Below are positions 12,421 to 24,845 of a stretch of DNA of 64,000 bases, in pieces. Positions within the stretch are counted from its first letter, which is position 1, and each line of letters starts with the position of its first letter. The stretch is from contig NC_058368.1 in NCBI RefSeq assembly GCF_018350175.1, forward strand, positions 7,688,001-7,752,000, written 5' to 3'. The notes beneath the pieces are model-generated. The model was given only the letters and a program-made list of their open reading frames with translations. It had not been told where the DNA came from and made no database searches. Source of the DNA: Felis catus (lineage: Eukaryota). A program made the translations under genes and the position numbers.

Positions 12421-14869
12421 AGGGAAGGAGGAAAATCCTAATGATTTCTTTAGACTTCAGATACTGCTCTTTCTGCAAAGCACTTGCCTACCAAGGAACG
12501 CATCCAATGATGAAGGAGTAAGATACTGCTTATCTCCCCTTTACAAATGAGGAACTCAAGTGCGGAGAAATTCCCTGCCTGAGTAAAGAACACGTTTCCT
12601 AACTGTCTTGTTAGTCCTAATATATCTGCGTTGCCTCCAAGAACAGAATCCCTAACATTAGGAAAATCAAAACTCGAGCAGCAAGGCATGTGAAGCCTGA
12701 ATTCAGTGAATATCTTCTAATCAAAACACAACAGCCTAGATAAATAACGACAATATCCTGTTTTAGTATAGACTGTAAATAATTTTTTGGAGGACATTTG
12801 ACTTCTAATGACAGCAGTGAAAAAATATTTTACTGTTTAACCTTAAAAATAACAATAGTTCCTCTTTTAGGATCTTATGCAATTCCTCTAGCCACAAAAG
12901 AACACTGTGTGTGTGTACTTTATATTATTTTTAAATTTCCTCCACATGTGTTGGTACCCATAGAACAGAATTGCATGATTCAAATTAACGACCATCAATG
13001 AGTTCTGCAAAGGCTTTTACCACTTGAGGACCACTGATGGTATTAGAATCAAAGGGGACCTGAACATCAGACCACCAGGTCCGGTGTCCCATCTAAGCCA
13101 TAGGAGGTATCAACCAAATGTAATGAAGTCACCTAAGTGTAAATCTCCTATAGCCCCCAAAAGAGAGAAAAACCTTTGGCCCCATGACTATGGCTACCTA
13201 GCTAAGAAGTGGCTAAGGCTGTTTTGGAAGTCATGGAAAAATCTTAAGATCACACTGTTACCTGATGAAAGCCAAACAACTCTGCTCAGACAAAATGCCT
13301 ACAGTGAGATTCACACAAGAGTCTGTTATTTGAAGGCTAGAGCAGGGTGGCAAGACCAAGGAAAGCAAATGACAAAGCAGGCTAAGCTAATTCTCAGCCC
13401 CTCACACCCCCTTCTCCAAATTCTTACTCCTATTCTCTGCAAGATCCCTTTCAAAATCAAGAAAAATGATACAATACCATACTTTTGAAGTTCTTTGCTT
13501 TTTGTCAAATCAGAATCTTTACCCAAAGATGAAGACAGTGTCAGGTGGGAGAGAGTCAGCAAGATTGTTATCTTGAACACTGAATGTTAGGGGCTCCTGT
13601 CACACTGCTTGCCTAGTTTCGTTCAAGAATGACAAGATGACAGGAACAAAAAGGACAGGGGAGAGTGTGCTGGCATTAAGCCTTCCTGTGAGCTCCCCAA
13701 GGGAGCAAAGATGTTCTCTGGGAGCAAAGTGAGGTCGATACACTTTGTTCAAAGAACCATTTAGAAAATGTCTTCTTCTCAAGCCTTAAAACATGGCCAT
13801 ATTGAACTCTGGAACAGTCCATTAGTTTAATTTTCAATGCGAGCGCAGTTTCTTTCCCACAACCATTAAATATAGTATATCTACGTTTAAGTAGTTTTGG
13901 GGGACAAAAGTCTTGAGATTTCCATTCTAACCTGGTTAAAGTTTCTTTCATTGAAGTATGCTATTTTTTCATCTATAGATAGCGATCCTTAACCACTGTG
14001 TGGGAAGGTTTATCTGAGAGCCAGCTTTGTGCTGCAGGGCTTTTCCTGGGGAAAGGCACTGACCGTGCATTTCTTAAAAAGAACAGAATTAGCTATTTAT
14101 ATGTAATAAGTTCCTCCAGCCTTGATCGCTCGCATCCTTATACCCCTTGCGCCCAGCACGGAAATAAGTGCTCAATAAAAGTTTATCAAATAAAAAATGT
14201 TTTTCTTTCTCATACACGCTCCCTTGACTGAAAGTGCCCCTTTGGTTATAAAAAGTAGAGCCACTCTTTAATGGAAGGAAAAGAGTTCACAACTCAACCT
14301 AAAAGGATGATTTACTATGGGTAGACGCGAAGTACCCAAGAAGAAACGAATAGCCGATCCAAATTTGTATGACCAGAGTTTTAGAATCAAAGGGGACCTG
14401 AACATCAGGCCATCAGGTCTGGTGTCCCATCTAATCCAAACCTGTCTTTGCCCGGCATCCACATCTGCCTCCACCTGCTCCTGAAACATCCCCCCTCAGG
14501 CTGACAGTTCACGAGAAGGCAAATAAAGCAAGAAGAACAAAACGGGCAAAGGATGGCAATAAAATGTGTAATTCAAGGCTCTGACCACGACTTTTCGGAC
14601 ACGAATGAAAGAGACAGCATCGTACTTCCTGAACTATTGGAATCCCCCCCCTCCTTGTACCCAGTATCCATGAAGCCATGGGAAGCACGTTTCCAATCTT
14701 TAAATCGTACTTAGAAAGCTTCATCAGTATTCACGAGGTAGAACTTTACAATCTAAGGGAAATGGGGATCACATCTTCTGATTCAAGGAATTTAAAGTTT
14801 TTAAATAGTCATCCCATGAAGTTTCTCACTTTATGCTCCTTTATTCAAGAAAATCTGTAACACCAGCGA

Positions 14870-15740
14870 GTGGCAGAGATGTGAGGAACTGGAACTTCCA
14901 AAAGTGGAGTGTTAAATCAGAAGGGCCACTTCGTTAAACTGATGGTGTCTACCAGAACTGAATACATGCCTTTCCCTGGGATCTGGGAGTTGTACTGGTG
15001 GGCATCATCCTAAGAGAAATGAGTGTTTAGGTCCACCAAAAACACGTAAAAGAATGTTCACAGCAGTGTCGCTCCTAATTATACAAAATTGGAAACAGCC
15101 TAAATGTTCTTCAACAACAGAATGGGTAAATAAATTGTAGAGTATATTCACATTTAGGAAGAGCACTCAGCAGTTAAAACACACTCCCCCGGGGCGCCTG
15201 GGTGGCTCAGTCGGTTGAGCGTCGGACTTCAGCTCAGGTCACGGTCTCGCGGTCCGTGAGTTTGAGCCCCGCGTCAGGCTCTGGGATGGCCCAGAGCCTG
15301 GAGCCTGCTTCCGATTCTGTGTCTCCCTCTCTCTCTGACCCTCCCCCGTTCATGCTCTGTCTCTCTCTGTCTCAAAAATAAATAAATGTTAAAAAAAAAT
15401 TAAAAAAAACAACACACTCCCCCTCCCCCACCCCACACACAAACCATTGCTACTGAGAACAAGATTGAACCTCCTGATCACAACATTGAATAAAAGAAGC
15501 TGGACTTAAAGGAGTATGCAGGATGATTTGGTTTACACGCAGTTCAAAAACAGGCAACTCGATGGTATTAGAAGTCAGAATGGAGGCTACCTCTGGGGGA
15601 TATTGACTGAGAGGGGGCGGGGCTAGAATTGCTCTAAATCTATGTCCAAGGGTATGTGGGTACATACGCATATAAACACTAATGGAACTGTACTGTTGGG
15701 ACGTGTGCATATTGGCTGCATGCAGATTATACCTCATTTA
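14870..15740 (+). mobile_element. Old L1 3' end with an inserted SINEC_Fc (15191-15410)
   Basis: L1MB/MC-like 3' motifs; the SINE is flanked by a repeated aacacactccccc. Confidence 0.8.
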
Positions 15741-17170
15741 GAAGAATCTGGAAAGAGATGTAGAAATCTCTGAGATTGTTCCTAAATATAAAGGAACTCA
15801 GTGCAGCTTGAATATAGTTGCAAGTACTGATCTTCGTACTTCCAGAAAGCCTCTGAATGCTACTGACAAAATTCACTTACTCCTTAACATCATACGCAAC
15901 AGAGAGCTGACTCTGGAAAACATATTGTACGATACATTTGAAATGTACATATTTACCAATTCGCAAAGATAAATGTTTAAGAAACGCAAAATGTCTGTGT
16001 TCCCACTCTTTTCTCCCTTATCTTCCATTTCCTACTCGATAATTCTGAGTTAATTTTTACCAAAAGCCATTGGAAATAATCCCTGCACGTCTCTAATGAA
16101 AATGACTTTACCTCCCACTGAGATTTCAAGTTAGAATGCTGGAATTCTGGAGCTGGAGGAGACACACAGGGCACCCTCACAGGACAGAGGAGGACGCCAG
16201 GACGGCATCGGTGGGTGCCAGTCCCAAGGTTGCTGGACCAGACAGGGGCCCAAGGCTCCCGGGCTCCTCAGCCTCCCAGAAACGTCTCTCTCCTTCACCC
16301 TGAACTCGAATCGACCCTCTCATCTTTCCAAATCGATGAGGTGGCTCTAAAGGGGATTTTTTTTTTCGTCTTTCTTTCTTGCATTGCCAGCTGCGCGCTA
16401 CCCAGCAGATTATTTGGGAACAGTCAGCTGAGTCCTTGAAAACCCCCTTGAGGCTTAATGCCGGGATAAAAAAGAAAAAAAAAACCAAGTACAGGAGGCA
16501 CGGACCGCTGATATTCTCATATGTAAATCCTGCTTGTATAACATTCCCGAAGCGGCGATTCGCTGATCCCACCGAAATTCGGCAGGGGTGGGGGTCGTTA
16601 CTCGGGATGACTAGCTCCGGGGGAGAACGGCGGGCGCCTCGCCTCCTCCGAGCGCACTCGGCAAATCGTAGCCTCAAACGAGGAGCCAAAGACGCCACTC
16701 CGGAGTGTCCGGGGTCGCGCCAGGCGCCGTCCGGAGCCACCTGGCGCCACCCCCGCGGCCGCGGCCTCGGGCGGACGGCCCGGCAACCCGGCGCGCGGGC
16801 CGGGCGGGCGGCGGCGCGGGCGCGGGGGGCAGGCGGGCGGCGCGGCCCCGGCTCCGGGTCGGCCGCGGGCAGCGCGCCGGGAGGCCGCCCGCGGGGTCCG
16901 GGCCGCCGTCAGGGACGCGGGGCCGCGCCGGGGCGGCGGCGTTGCAGGGGAGGGAGGACGCCGCGGGGGTGGACCGGCGGGGGCCGCGGGGGCCCGCCGA
17001 AGAGGGGAGGGGCGCGGGAGCGAGGGAAGAGCGAGCGCGGGGAGGAGCGAGGCGGCGGGGACCGGGAGGCGCGCGCCCGGGGCCGCCGTGCGGGGTGGAT
17101 GGGGGGTGGGGGGGGCGAGGGCCGCGCAGGGGGGCTGCGGGGGCTTGCGAGCGGGCGTGCGGGGCCTTAC

Positions 17171-17213
17171 CGAGCAGCGGCAGCCGGCCGCCACGGCGCG
17201 CCCACGCCGGCAT
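17171..17213 (-). CDS. FLT3: FLT3 receptor tyrosine kinase, coding part of exon 1 (43 nt, signal peptide start MPAWARRGGRLPLL + phase-1 G)
   Basis: Minus strand reads GAGGCC-ATG-CCGGCGTGGGCGCGCCGTGGCGGCCGGCTGCCGCTGCTCG|GTAAGG. The peptide matches the human FLT3 N-terminus as I recall it (MPALARDGGQLPLLV), with a canonical GT donor after 43 coding nt, inside a CpG island. Confidence 0.95.
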
Positions 17214-17295
17214 GGCCTCCGGAGCCCGGGGTCCCCAGGCCGCGCCGGCCCAGCCCTGCGATGCCGCCCAGAGCGGCGCGCCCCGCGCTGCAGGT
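17214..17295 (-). other. FLT3: FLT3 5' UTR (exon 1); probable TSS near 17295
   Basis: ACCTGCAGCGCGGGGCGCGCCGCTCTGGGCGGCATCGCAGGGCTGGGCCGGCGCGGCCTGGGGACCCCGGGCTCCGGAGGCC closely resembles the recalled human FLT3 mRNA 5' end. The TSS position is inferred. Confidence 0.8.
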
Positions 17296-18329
17296 GGCTC
17301 GCTTAAGGATGCGCGTCACCGACCGCAAATTCCCTCGGACTGGTGCAAAGTGGAAGGGGGGAGGATCCCTCTCCCCACCGGCAGGGGCCGAGGCGGGAGC
17401 CGAGAGGTTGGGCCGAGGCGGGGAGCCGGTGCCTGGCGCAGCGCTGCGGCCGAGCCCACGTGCCCGCCGCGGTCCGCAGCCCGCGCTCCGCGGCGCCCGG
17501 GGCTCCCCGACTGTGGCGGGGGAGATCGGGCGCGGTTCCGCCGGGGAAGTGGTGCGGGCTCCTCCGCTCTGGGCAGGGGAGAGCTGCCCTCTGTGCCCGG
17601 GAGTCCCCGAGCCCTGTGGTTCGGATCTCGAAGCCTGGGGACGGCCCCGCACCAGAAAGCGTCCTCCTCGTGCGGGGGGGGGGGGGGAGGTCTTGGAGGC
17701 CCCGGGATGGCAGCTGAATCCGCGCCCCACGCGCGCGGCTCTGGGGGGGGGGGCGCGCGGAGGAGCAGAGGGTCGCATTTCCAAGCTCGGGGGATCCTCA
17801 TTGCGGACCGGTTTTCTTTGTCTCCCCCTCTGTCTCTAAGGATGCTCAGGACCCGGTCGTTAGCGGCAGCCAGAAAAGCGGGCTCGGGGTCAAGGTTGAC
17901 ACGGAGGCTAAAAGCCAGCCGGAGAAAGAAAAGCAGAACACACCGAGAGAGCATCCCAGAGGCTCTTCTTGAATGATCCATTCCGTAATTCTTGTACTTC
18001 ATCGCACAGTATCTCAAGTTGAAAATTATTTTCTTTGCCATGAGTTGAAGATTGGAAAGCCCTGGATGCCGGTTCTGAAATCTCCCCTTAACTAGCCCTT
18101 TGTCCTTCCCCAGCCACTTTTGCCCTCTCAGAGTCCCAGTTTACTCCCCTGTAACTGAGGGGAGTGGACCAAATGGTTTGTCATGTGGTTCCACATTCCG
18201 GGAAGTCCACGCTTTTAATGGCAAAGCCTGATAATTGCCAGTGTTCCTTCTTGACCATCCTTTCCACAGCTGTAGTCTAGAACACAGTATTTTTTACCCC
18301 ATAGGGCGTCACGGAAACCCAAGTGTCTA

Positions 18330-18830
18330 CCGTGATGCAGCCACTACGGAAAACAGAATGGTCGTTTCTCAAAAAAATTAAAAATAGGATTACCAGGGGA
18401 CCCAGCAGTCCCACTTCTGGGTATATACTCAAAAGAAGCGAAAGAGGCTCATGAAGACATATCTGTACATGGATGAACCTTGAGGACGTGCTAAGTGAAA
18501 TAAGCCAGTCACGAGAAGACAAACACTGCGTGATTCTACCTAAATGAAGGTAGTCTACATTTACTAGACTACATTTACTAGTACTCTACCCAGAGTAGTC
18601 AAATTTATAGAGACAGAGTAGAATGGTTACGTGCCATGGGTGGGAAGGAGGGGGAATAGAGCGTTGGTTGTTTGATGGGTACAGAGTTTCAGTTCTGCAG
18701 GATGAAAAAGTTTCTGAAGGTTGGTTGTACACCCATGTGCATGCACTTAACACTGCTGAACTGTACAGTTAAAGATGGTTCAGGTGGTGAATATTAGGTA
18801 CATTTTATCACAATTAAAAGTTTAAACAAA
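18330..18830 (+). mobile_element. Old L1 3' end fragment
   Basis: atggatgaaccttgaggac..gctaagtgaaataagccagtcac..tacagagtttcagtt..gatgaaaaagtt. Confidence 0.8.
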
Positions 18831-19179
18831 TGTGAAGTGTCTGTCGTGGGTCTCACACAGACCTAGAGGAAGAGGCACGAGGTAAGGGAGACATAAAGAG
18901 ATAAAAGCAAGGAAGGAGGGTGGTAATGAGAAGAGAAAGGGGCACGTAAGCCTTCTAATTGCCAAGACTGAATGCATTACCTTTTATTTATAGCTTGATT
19001 GCTCCAAGCTTTAAGAGAAACTGAGGATTACAAGTTTGCAGGATATCAGCTTGGATGGAGCACTGTTCAAGAACACAAACTCATGAAGGTTCTCTGCTCC
19101 TTCAAAAAAAAATCTTGGGCACAAGGTAGGAATCTCTGCGAGAGGTCCTAAGAGGGGAGGAAATTAGTCAAATCACAAA

Positions 19180-19670
19180 TAAGTGAAATAAGGCAGACGG
19201 GGAAAGACGGATACCATATGGTTTCACTCGTATGTGGAATTTAAGAAACAAAAACAAACGAGAAACAGACTCTTTTTTTTTTTCAACGTTTATTTATTTT
19301 GGGGACAGAGAGAGCATGAACGGGGGAGGGGCAGAGAGAGAGGGAGACACAGAATCAGAAACAGGCTCCAGGCTCCGAGCCATCAGCCCAGAGCCTGACG
19401 CGGGGCTCGAACTCACAGACCGCGAGATCGTGACCTGGCTGAAGTCGGACGCTTAACCGACTGCGCCACCCAGGCGCCCCAGAAACAGACTCTTGAATAC
19501 AGAGAGCAAACCGGTGGTCACCAAGAGTGGGAGGTAGGAGGAAGGATGGCTGAAATAGATAAAGGGGGTCAAAAGCGCACTTCCCCAATGAGCCCTGAGA
19601 AATGCATAGAATTGTTGAATCACTATATTGTGCACCTGAAATTGATATGATTGTACTTTTAAAAATGTAC
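19180..19670 (+). mobile_element. Carnivore L1 3' UTR fragment with a young SINE (19272-19480, minus) inserted
   Basis: tatgtggaatttaagaaacaaaa motif; SINE TSD agaaacagactctt on both sides. Confidence 0.85.
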
Positions 19671-20050
19671 TCAAGAGTTGAGATTTAATAACAACTTTTA
19701 CTCTTTAAAACAAAAAAGAGAAGGGACATTAGGAATAGTTTCTATGCAAACTTGATTTTCCCTAGAAATTGGTGGAAAACACTAATTCTAGACAGATTTT
19801 ATGGACTGAAATATTTTGGGGTATGAAACATAGGCAAACTTTTGGAGGTGAAGATAATGCCCAACATTATTTGAAAGGTGCCAAGGGTCATGTCTAGTAT
19901 GGTACCTAGTTTATTCCTCACAGCATCACTCTAAAGAGGGTAGTTGTACATTATCTAGAGCCTTAGATTATGCATCGAGTTATGCGTATTTGAGTATGAA
20001 ATTCTGGTTCCAGAGCTCATGATATAAAACCTATTATAAAGATGCTCCTA

Positions 20051-20202
20051 GGGGCACCTGGATGGCTCGGTTGCTAAAGCATCAGAATCTTGATTTTGGC
20101 TCAGGTTCTTGTGGTTCATGACATCAAGCCCTTTATCAGGCTCTGTGCTGACAGCTCAGAGCATGCTTAGGATTCTCTCTCTCCTGTCTCTCTGCCCCTC
20201 CC

Positions 20203-20249
<47 letters not shown>

Positions 20250-20285
20250 TGCTCTAAACAAACGAACATTAAAAAACAAAACACA
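20051..20285 (+). mobile_element. Can-SINE with internal (GT)n microsatellite (~20204-20247)
   Basis: SINE head, GT repeat and A-rich tail. Confidence 0.85.
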
Positions 20286-20912
20286 GAGACTCCTAAAAGG
20301 GCAAGAAGCAACCAGGAGGAATGAGATGAAAAAAGAAATCAGAAGAGAGAAGTATATTTCTGGGGTGAATGGAATGTTTTGCATTTGCCCTAAAAAGGAC
20401 GTCGTTTACGTAGATTCTTATCACCATAATGCTTAGCTGCTACATAGCTATGAATAAGTGGTCATTCATCTTACAAACACATTTCTAGCCCTTAAATGAC
20501 ACGAATATGTCCCTCTCCTTCAAAAATCATGGAATATTTTCAACGACACCCTTTTGTTAGCTCTCTAAAAAAAAAAAAAAATGACATTAAAGCACTTCAC
20601 CTATAGGTTGTCACTGAAAATATCCACTACAAAAGAATAAGTTAGTGTATTCATATAATGAAATACTATATACAACAATGAAAATGAATGAACTGCAGTT
20701 ATCTGGAACAACCCGGATTAGTCTCAAAAACAATGTTGGGGTGTTTAAGCAAGTCATGGCAAAACCAAACAATATTCTCTTTAGGAATATATTCGTAAGG
20801 GGTATAAAGAAAGTGAAAGAATAATTATGACAAAAATCAGGACAGGGCTTACTCTAGAATGGGGCAGGAAGAGAAGGATTTAATTAGAGATTTCATTAAG
20901 GAAGGCAGATTG

Positions 20913-21390
20913 GGGGCGCCTGGGTGGCGCAGTCGGTTAAGCGTCCGACTTCAGCCGGGTCACGATCTCGCGGTCCATGAGTTCGAGCCCCGCGTCAGGC
21001 TCTGGGCTGATGGCACGGAGCCTGGAGCCTGTTTCCGATTCTGTGTCTCCCTCTCTCTCTGCCCCTCCCCCGTTCATGCTCTGTCTCTCTCTGTCCCAAA
21101 AATAAATAAAAACGTTAAAAAAAAAAAAAAAAAAAAGGAAGGCAGATTGGGGATTTCTAAGGACCTGGCAATTCTCTATATTTTTTTAAGAAATTTTTTA
21201 ATGTTTATTTATCTTTGAGAGAGAGAGAGCAAACAGGGAGGGGTACAGAGGGAGGGAGATACAGAATCTGAAGCAGGCTCTAGACTGAGCTGTCTGCACA
21301 GAACCTGACGTGGGGTTCGAACCCATGAACCGTGAGATCATGACCTGAGCCAAAATAGACGGTTAACTGATTGAGCCACCCAGGCGTCCC
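20913..21390. mobile_element. Tail-to-tail SINE pair (+ 20913-21136; - ~21180-21390)
   Basis: The first is young, with TSD aaggaaggcagattgggg; the second is reversed. Confidence 0.88.
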
Positions 21391-21944
21391 GATATTTTAT
21401 TGTTTTTTAAATCTCTGTGATGGATGCTGGATATTTGTTTTATTATTATTATTATTATTTAAACTATATAACTATTTTTTAAACTACATAACTATTTTTA
21501 TGCACTGCCCCAAGTATGGTGTATTTCACAATAAAAGAAAAATTTAAAGGAATTTTGACACAACACTTCTACCTATGAAGTAAACTTATCCAAACAAACA
21601 AAAACCATCGATTCTGATTAAGATCCTAGATCCAGCTACCAGTGTATAGGAAATACATGGGACGGTGGAACATTGTAAATGTTCAAGGATATAATCAGAA
21701 AATTCCAGACCCTAGCAGACATTATAGAACAAATAACCTAGTTTCTTCAATAAAAAATTGTAAGGAAAAAAAAAATAAGTTGAAGAAAGAACCCATAGAT
21801 TAAAAGAAAACTAACAGATACATCTAACAATTGCAGTTTGCAGTATAAGGATTTTATTTGGATCCTGATTAAAGCAAACTGGTAATATAGAATAGTCAAG
21901 AAAATGTGACCACTGATCTTATCTTTGATATTCAATAATTATTG

Positions 21945-22935
21945 TGTGTGTGTGTTTAACGTTTATTTATTATTGAGAGACAGAGAGAGAGAGAGAAAGA
22001 GAGTGAGCAGGGGAGGGGCAGAGAGAGAGGGAGACACAGAATCAGAAGCCGGCTCCAGGCTCCAAGCTGTCAGCACAGAGCCCGACTAGGGGCTTGAACT
22101 CACGAACCGTGAGATCACGACCTGAGTCGAAGTCGGACACTTAACCGACTGAGCCACCCAGGCACCCCAATAATTATTGTTTTAAAAAAGCTCATATGTG
22201 ATAACATTGTTATGTATTTTTAGAACAGTTCCCACCTTTCTAGAAGCGCATATGAAATATTTACAGATAAAATCGGGAGGTTGAGAGAGGAATAGAGAAT
22301 GACAGCTGGTGAATATAGAGTTTCTCTGGGGATGATGAAAATGTTCTCAAATTAGTTGTAGTGATGGCTGCACATTTTTGTAAATATACTAAAAACCGTT
22401 GAGTTGTACACGAAATAGGTGAACGATATGGCATGTCAATTCGATCTCAATAAAGCTATTAAAAATGATTTAGGGGCACCTGGGAGGCTCAGTCGGTTAA
22501 GCCTGCGACTCTTGGCTTCGGCTCAGGTCATGATCTCTGGTTTTGTGAGTTTGAGCCCCGCAGCAGGCTCCATGCTGACAGTGCAGAGCTTGCTTGGGAT
22601 TCTCTTCTCTCTCTGCCCCTCCCTTTCTCGGGCTCTTTCTCTCTCTCAAAATAAATAAATAAACAAACAAACAAAAAAAGGAGCTATTAAAAAAAAAACA
22701 AAAAATAAATGATTTATAGCCTTAGGGCACCTGAGTGGCTCAGTCGGTTAAGCATCTGACTCCATTTCGGCTCAGGTCATGAGCTCATGGTTTGTGGGTT
22801 CAAGCCCCGTGTCGGGCTCCGTGCTGACAGCCCAGAGCCTGCATGGGATTTCCTCTCTCCCTCCCTCTCTGCTCCTCCCTCGCTCATGCTTTCTCTCTCC
22901 AAATGCATAAACAAACATTTTTAAAAAAATGATGT
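21945..22935. mobile_element. Three Can-SINEs (- 21945-22168; + 22473-22690; + 22724-22935) within old L1 remnants
   Basis: SINE heads and tails; an L1 3' fragment lies at ~22290-22465. Confidence 0.82.
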
Positions 22936-23399
22936 AAAGTCTGAGATGTCCTTGAAAATAATTTGATGTGGGGGGTTTGAGTAGGGAAATCAAAATTGAC
23001 TTGTGTAACTAATATGAAACCTCAGCAATACTTACGTAAGCTCATTATATTTTTGTTAGAAATTTTCTGTAATAAAAAGATGGGGGGGTGGCGGGGAGAG
23101 AGCTTGAAATAATGGAGTAGTTAACTCATCCTGAACGGGTGGAAGGTCACTATCCTCCCTTGGACATCACCAGCTGCTATTTTACTGTCCTTTTACTAAC
23201 CCACCTAAGTGAGATGAACTAGGTTATGAACTGGGTGAGCACAACCCTGGAGACTGTTTTCAGGGCCCAAATTTGGTGGCGCACAGGTGAACCGCAAAAC
23301 TCCCACGGCAACACTGTGCGGTCCCGGACAGTTCTCTGTTAATGCCTACGATGAGGTCAGAATAATCGCCTCCTTCGAATTCTTGGCAACATCTGGACA

Positions 23400-23860
23400 A
23401 TGGATTGGTTTGTTAAGGCTGCTTGAACCAAGTACTGAGTGGCTGAACCAGCAATTTATTGTCTCGAGGTTCTGGAGGTTACAAATTCAAGTTCAAGGTG
23501 AGGTACGGGTTGGTTCCTTGTGAGAGCTGTGCGGGAGAAATCTGTTCCATGCCTTGCCCCAAGCTTCTGGTAGTTTGCTGGCAATCTTTGACGTTCCTTG
23601 GCTTCTGCTGTATCACCCTGATCCTTCTTTTCATCGTTGCCTGGCATTCTCCCTGTGTGGATATCTGCCTCTGTGTCCAAATTTCCCCTTTTTATGAGGC
23701 CACCAGTCATATTGGAGTAGGGCCCACCCTAATGACCTCATTGTAACCTGAGTACCTCTAGAAAGACCCTGTCTCCATGTAAGGTTATGATCAGAGGTAC
23801 AGGGATTAGGATTCCAAAAGATCTTTTTTTAGGGGGAAAGGGGAGGCCCAGTGCCACCCA
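23400..23860 (-). mobile_element. MLT1 (ERVL-MaLR) solo LTR
   Basis: aatttattgtctc..gttctggagg..aagttcaaggtg; caccagtcatattgga.tagggcccaccctaatgacctca, typical of MLT1A-C. Confidence 0.85.
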
Positions 23861-23994
23861 GAGCAGATAGGTTTCAAAATCAGTACCTAGACATTAATCC
23901 ATAGGATTCTTCTACAGCTTAGTTGTTAATGGCTATATTAAACAGATTGCAATTTCATATTTTGTTTTTACAAAGGAATATAACATGAGTTACT

Positions 23995-24035
23995 TTTACT
24001 TTATTATTATTTTTTAATGTTTATTATTTATTTTT

Positions 24036-24068
<33 letters not shown>

Positions 24069-24845
24069 GAGCTGCAGAGAGAGAGAGAGAGACAGAATCC
24101 AAAGCAGCTCCAGGCTCCGAGCTGTCGGCATAGAGCCTGATGTGGGGCTCAAACTCACCAACCGCAAGATCATGACCTGAGCTGAAGTCGGATGCTCAAC
24201 CCACTGAGCCACCCAGGCGCCCCAACGTGAGTTACTTCTAGAAATTGACACAAAAACGAAGGCCATTACAAATTACGCCTCCTACGAGTTCCATTAGAAA
24301 GGATACACAACTATCAAAACACGTGTTAGGTTTTTAAAAATGATACAGATACCCAAACGCCTGGAAGGCAGTACACCAAAATGCAAACTGGTTACTTCTG
24401 ACTTGTGGATTCAGGAGTGGGATGGAACTGGTTTCTCCGATTAGAAACCCAAGGCTCAGAGCAGTGCTTGGCTTGCTTAGTCAGTACAACATGCAGCTCT
24501 TGATCTTGGGGTCAGGAGTTCGGGCCCCACCCTGGGTGTGGAGATTACTTAAAATTGAAGGCTTTAAAACAAATGAATAGGCTGAGATCTGTGAGGTGGC
24601 ACGCCCAAGGTCTTTCAGGTAATATGAGGCTACTGGGATTCAGGTTGACTTTCAGCCATAGCATCCATAGCCTGTCCCCCCCTCCCTTTTTTTTAAGAGA
24701 GTGAGAAGGAGAGAGGCAGAATGAGAGGGAGAGAGAGAATCTTAATCAGGCTCCATACCCAGCATGAGATCGTGACCATGAGGTCATGACTTGAGCCAAA
24801 ATCAAGAGTCAGAGGCTTAACTGACTAAGCCACCCAAGCGCCCCC
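23995..24845. mobile_element. Three Can-SINEs (- 23995-24223; + ~24460-24570; - 24687-24845)
   Basis: SINE heads, (GA)n tracts and tails. Confidence 0.82.

Larger units (their letters stand above)
1..17170 (-). other. FLT3: FLT3 intron 1 (partial; exon 2 lies beyond the left window edge)
   Basis: Begins at the GTAAGG donor (plus-strand CCTTAC 17165-17170). No exon-2-like sequence (VVFSAMIFGTITNQDLPVIKC) was found in the window. Confidence 0.85.
16490..17900. promoter_or_regulatory. CpG island / FLT3 promoter
   Basis: Very GC- and CpG-rich ~1.4 kb spanning exon 1. GC boxes, a RUNX-type GACCGCA at 17321-17327 and a CRE-like half site CGTCA at 17314-17318 lie just upstream of the inferred TSS. 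Confidence 0.93.

Noticed and set aside
13326..13580. Signal-peptide-like minus-strand ORF (MFKITILLTLSHLTLSSSLG) as a possible FLT3 alternative exon
   Set aside because: Non-ATG start, weak donor (GTAAAG) and no similarity to FLT3 exon 2 or any protein I recognise.
16674..17213. 179-aa ORF starting at the FLT3 ATG
   Set aside because: Only the first 14 codons match FLT3. The rest is read-through past the GT donor into GC-rich intron.
16379..17976. Long ORFs of 486 aa and 423 aa (+) and 198-241 aa (-) across the CpG island
   Set aside because: Low-complexity G/R/A/P translations are expected from stop-poor GC-rich DNA. They are open in several frames at once and show no recognisable domain.
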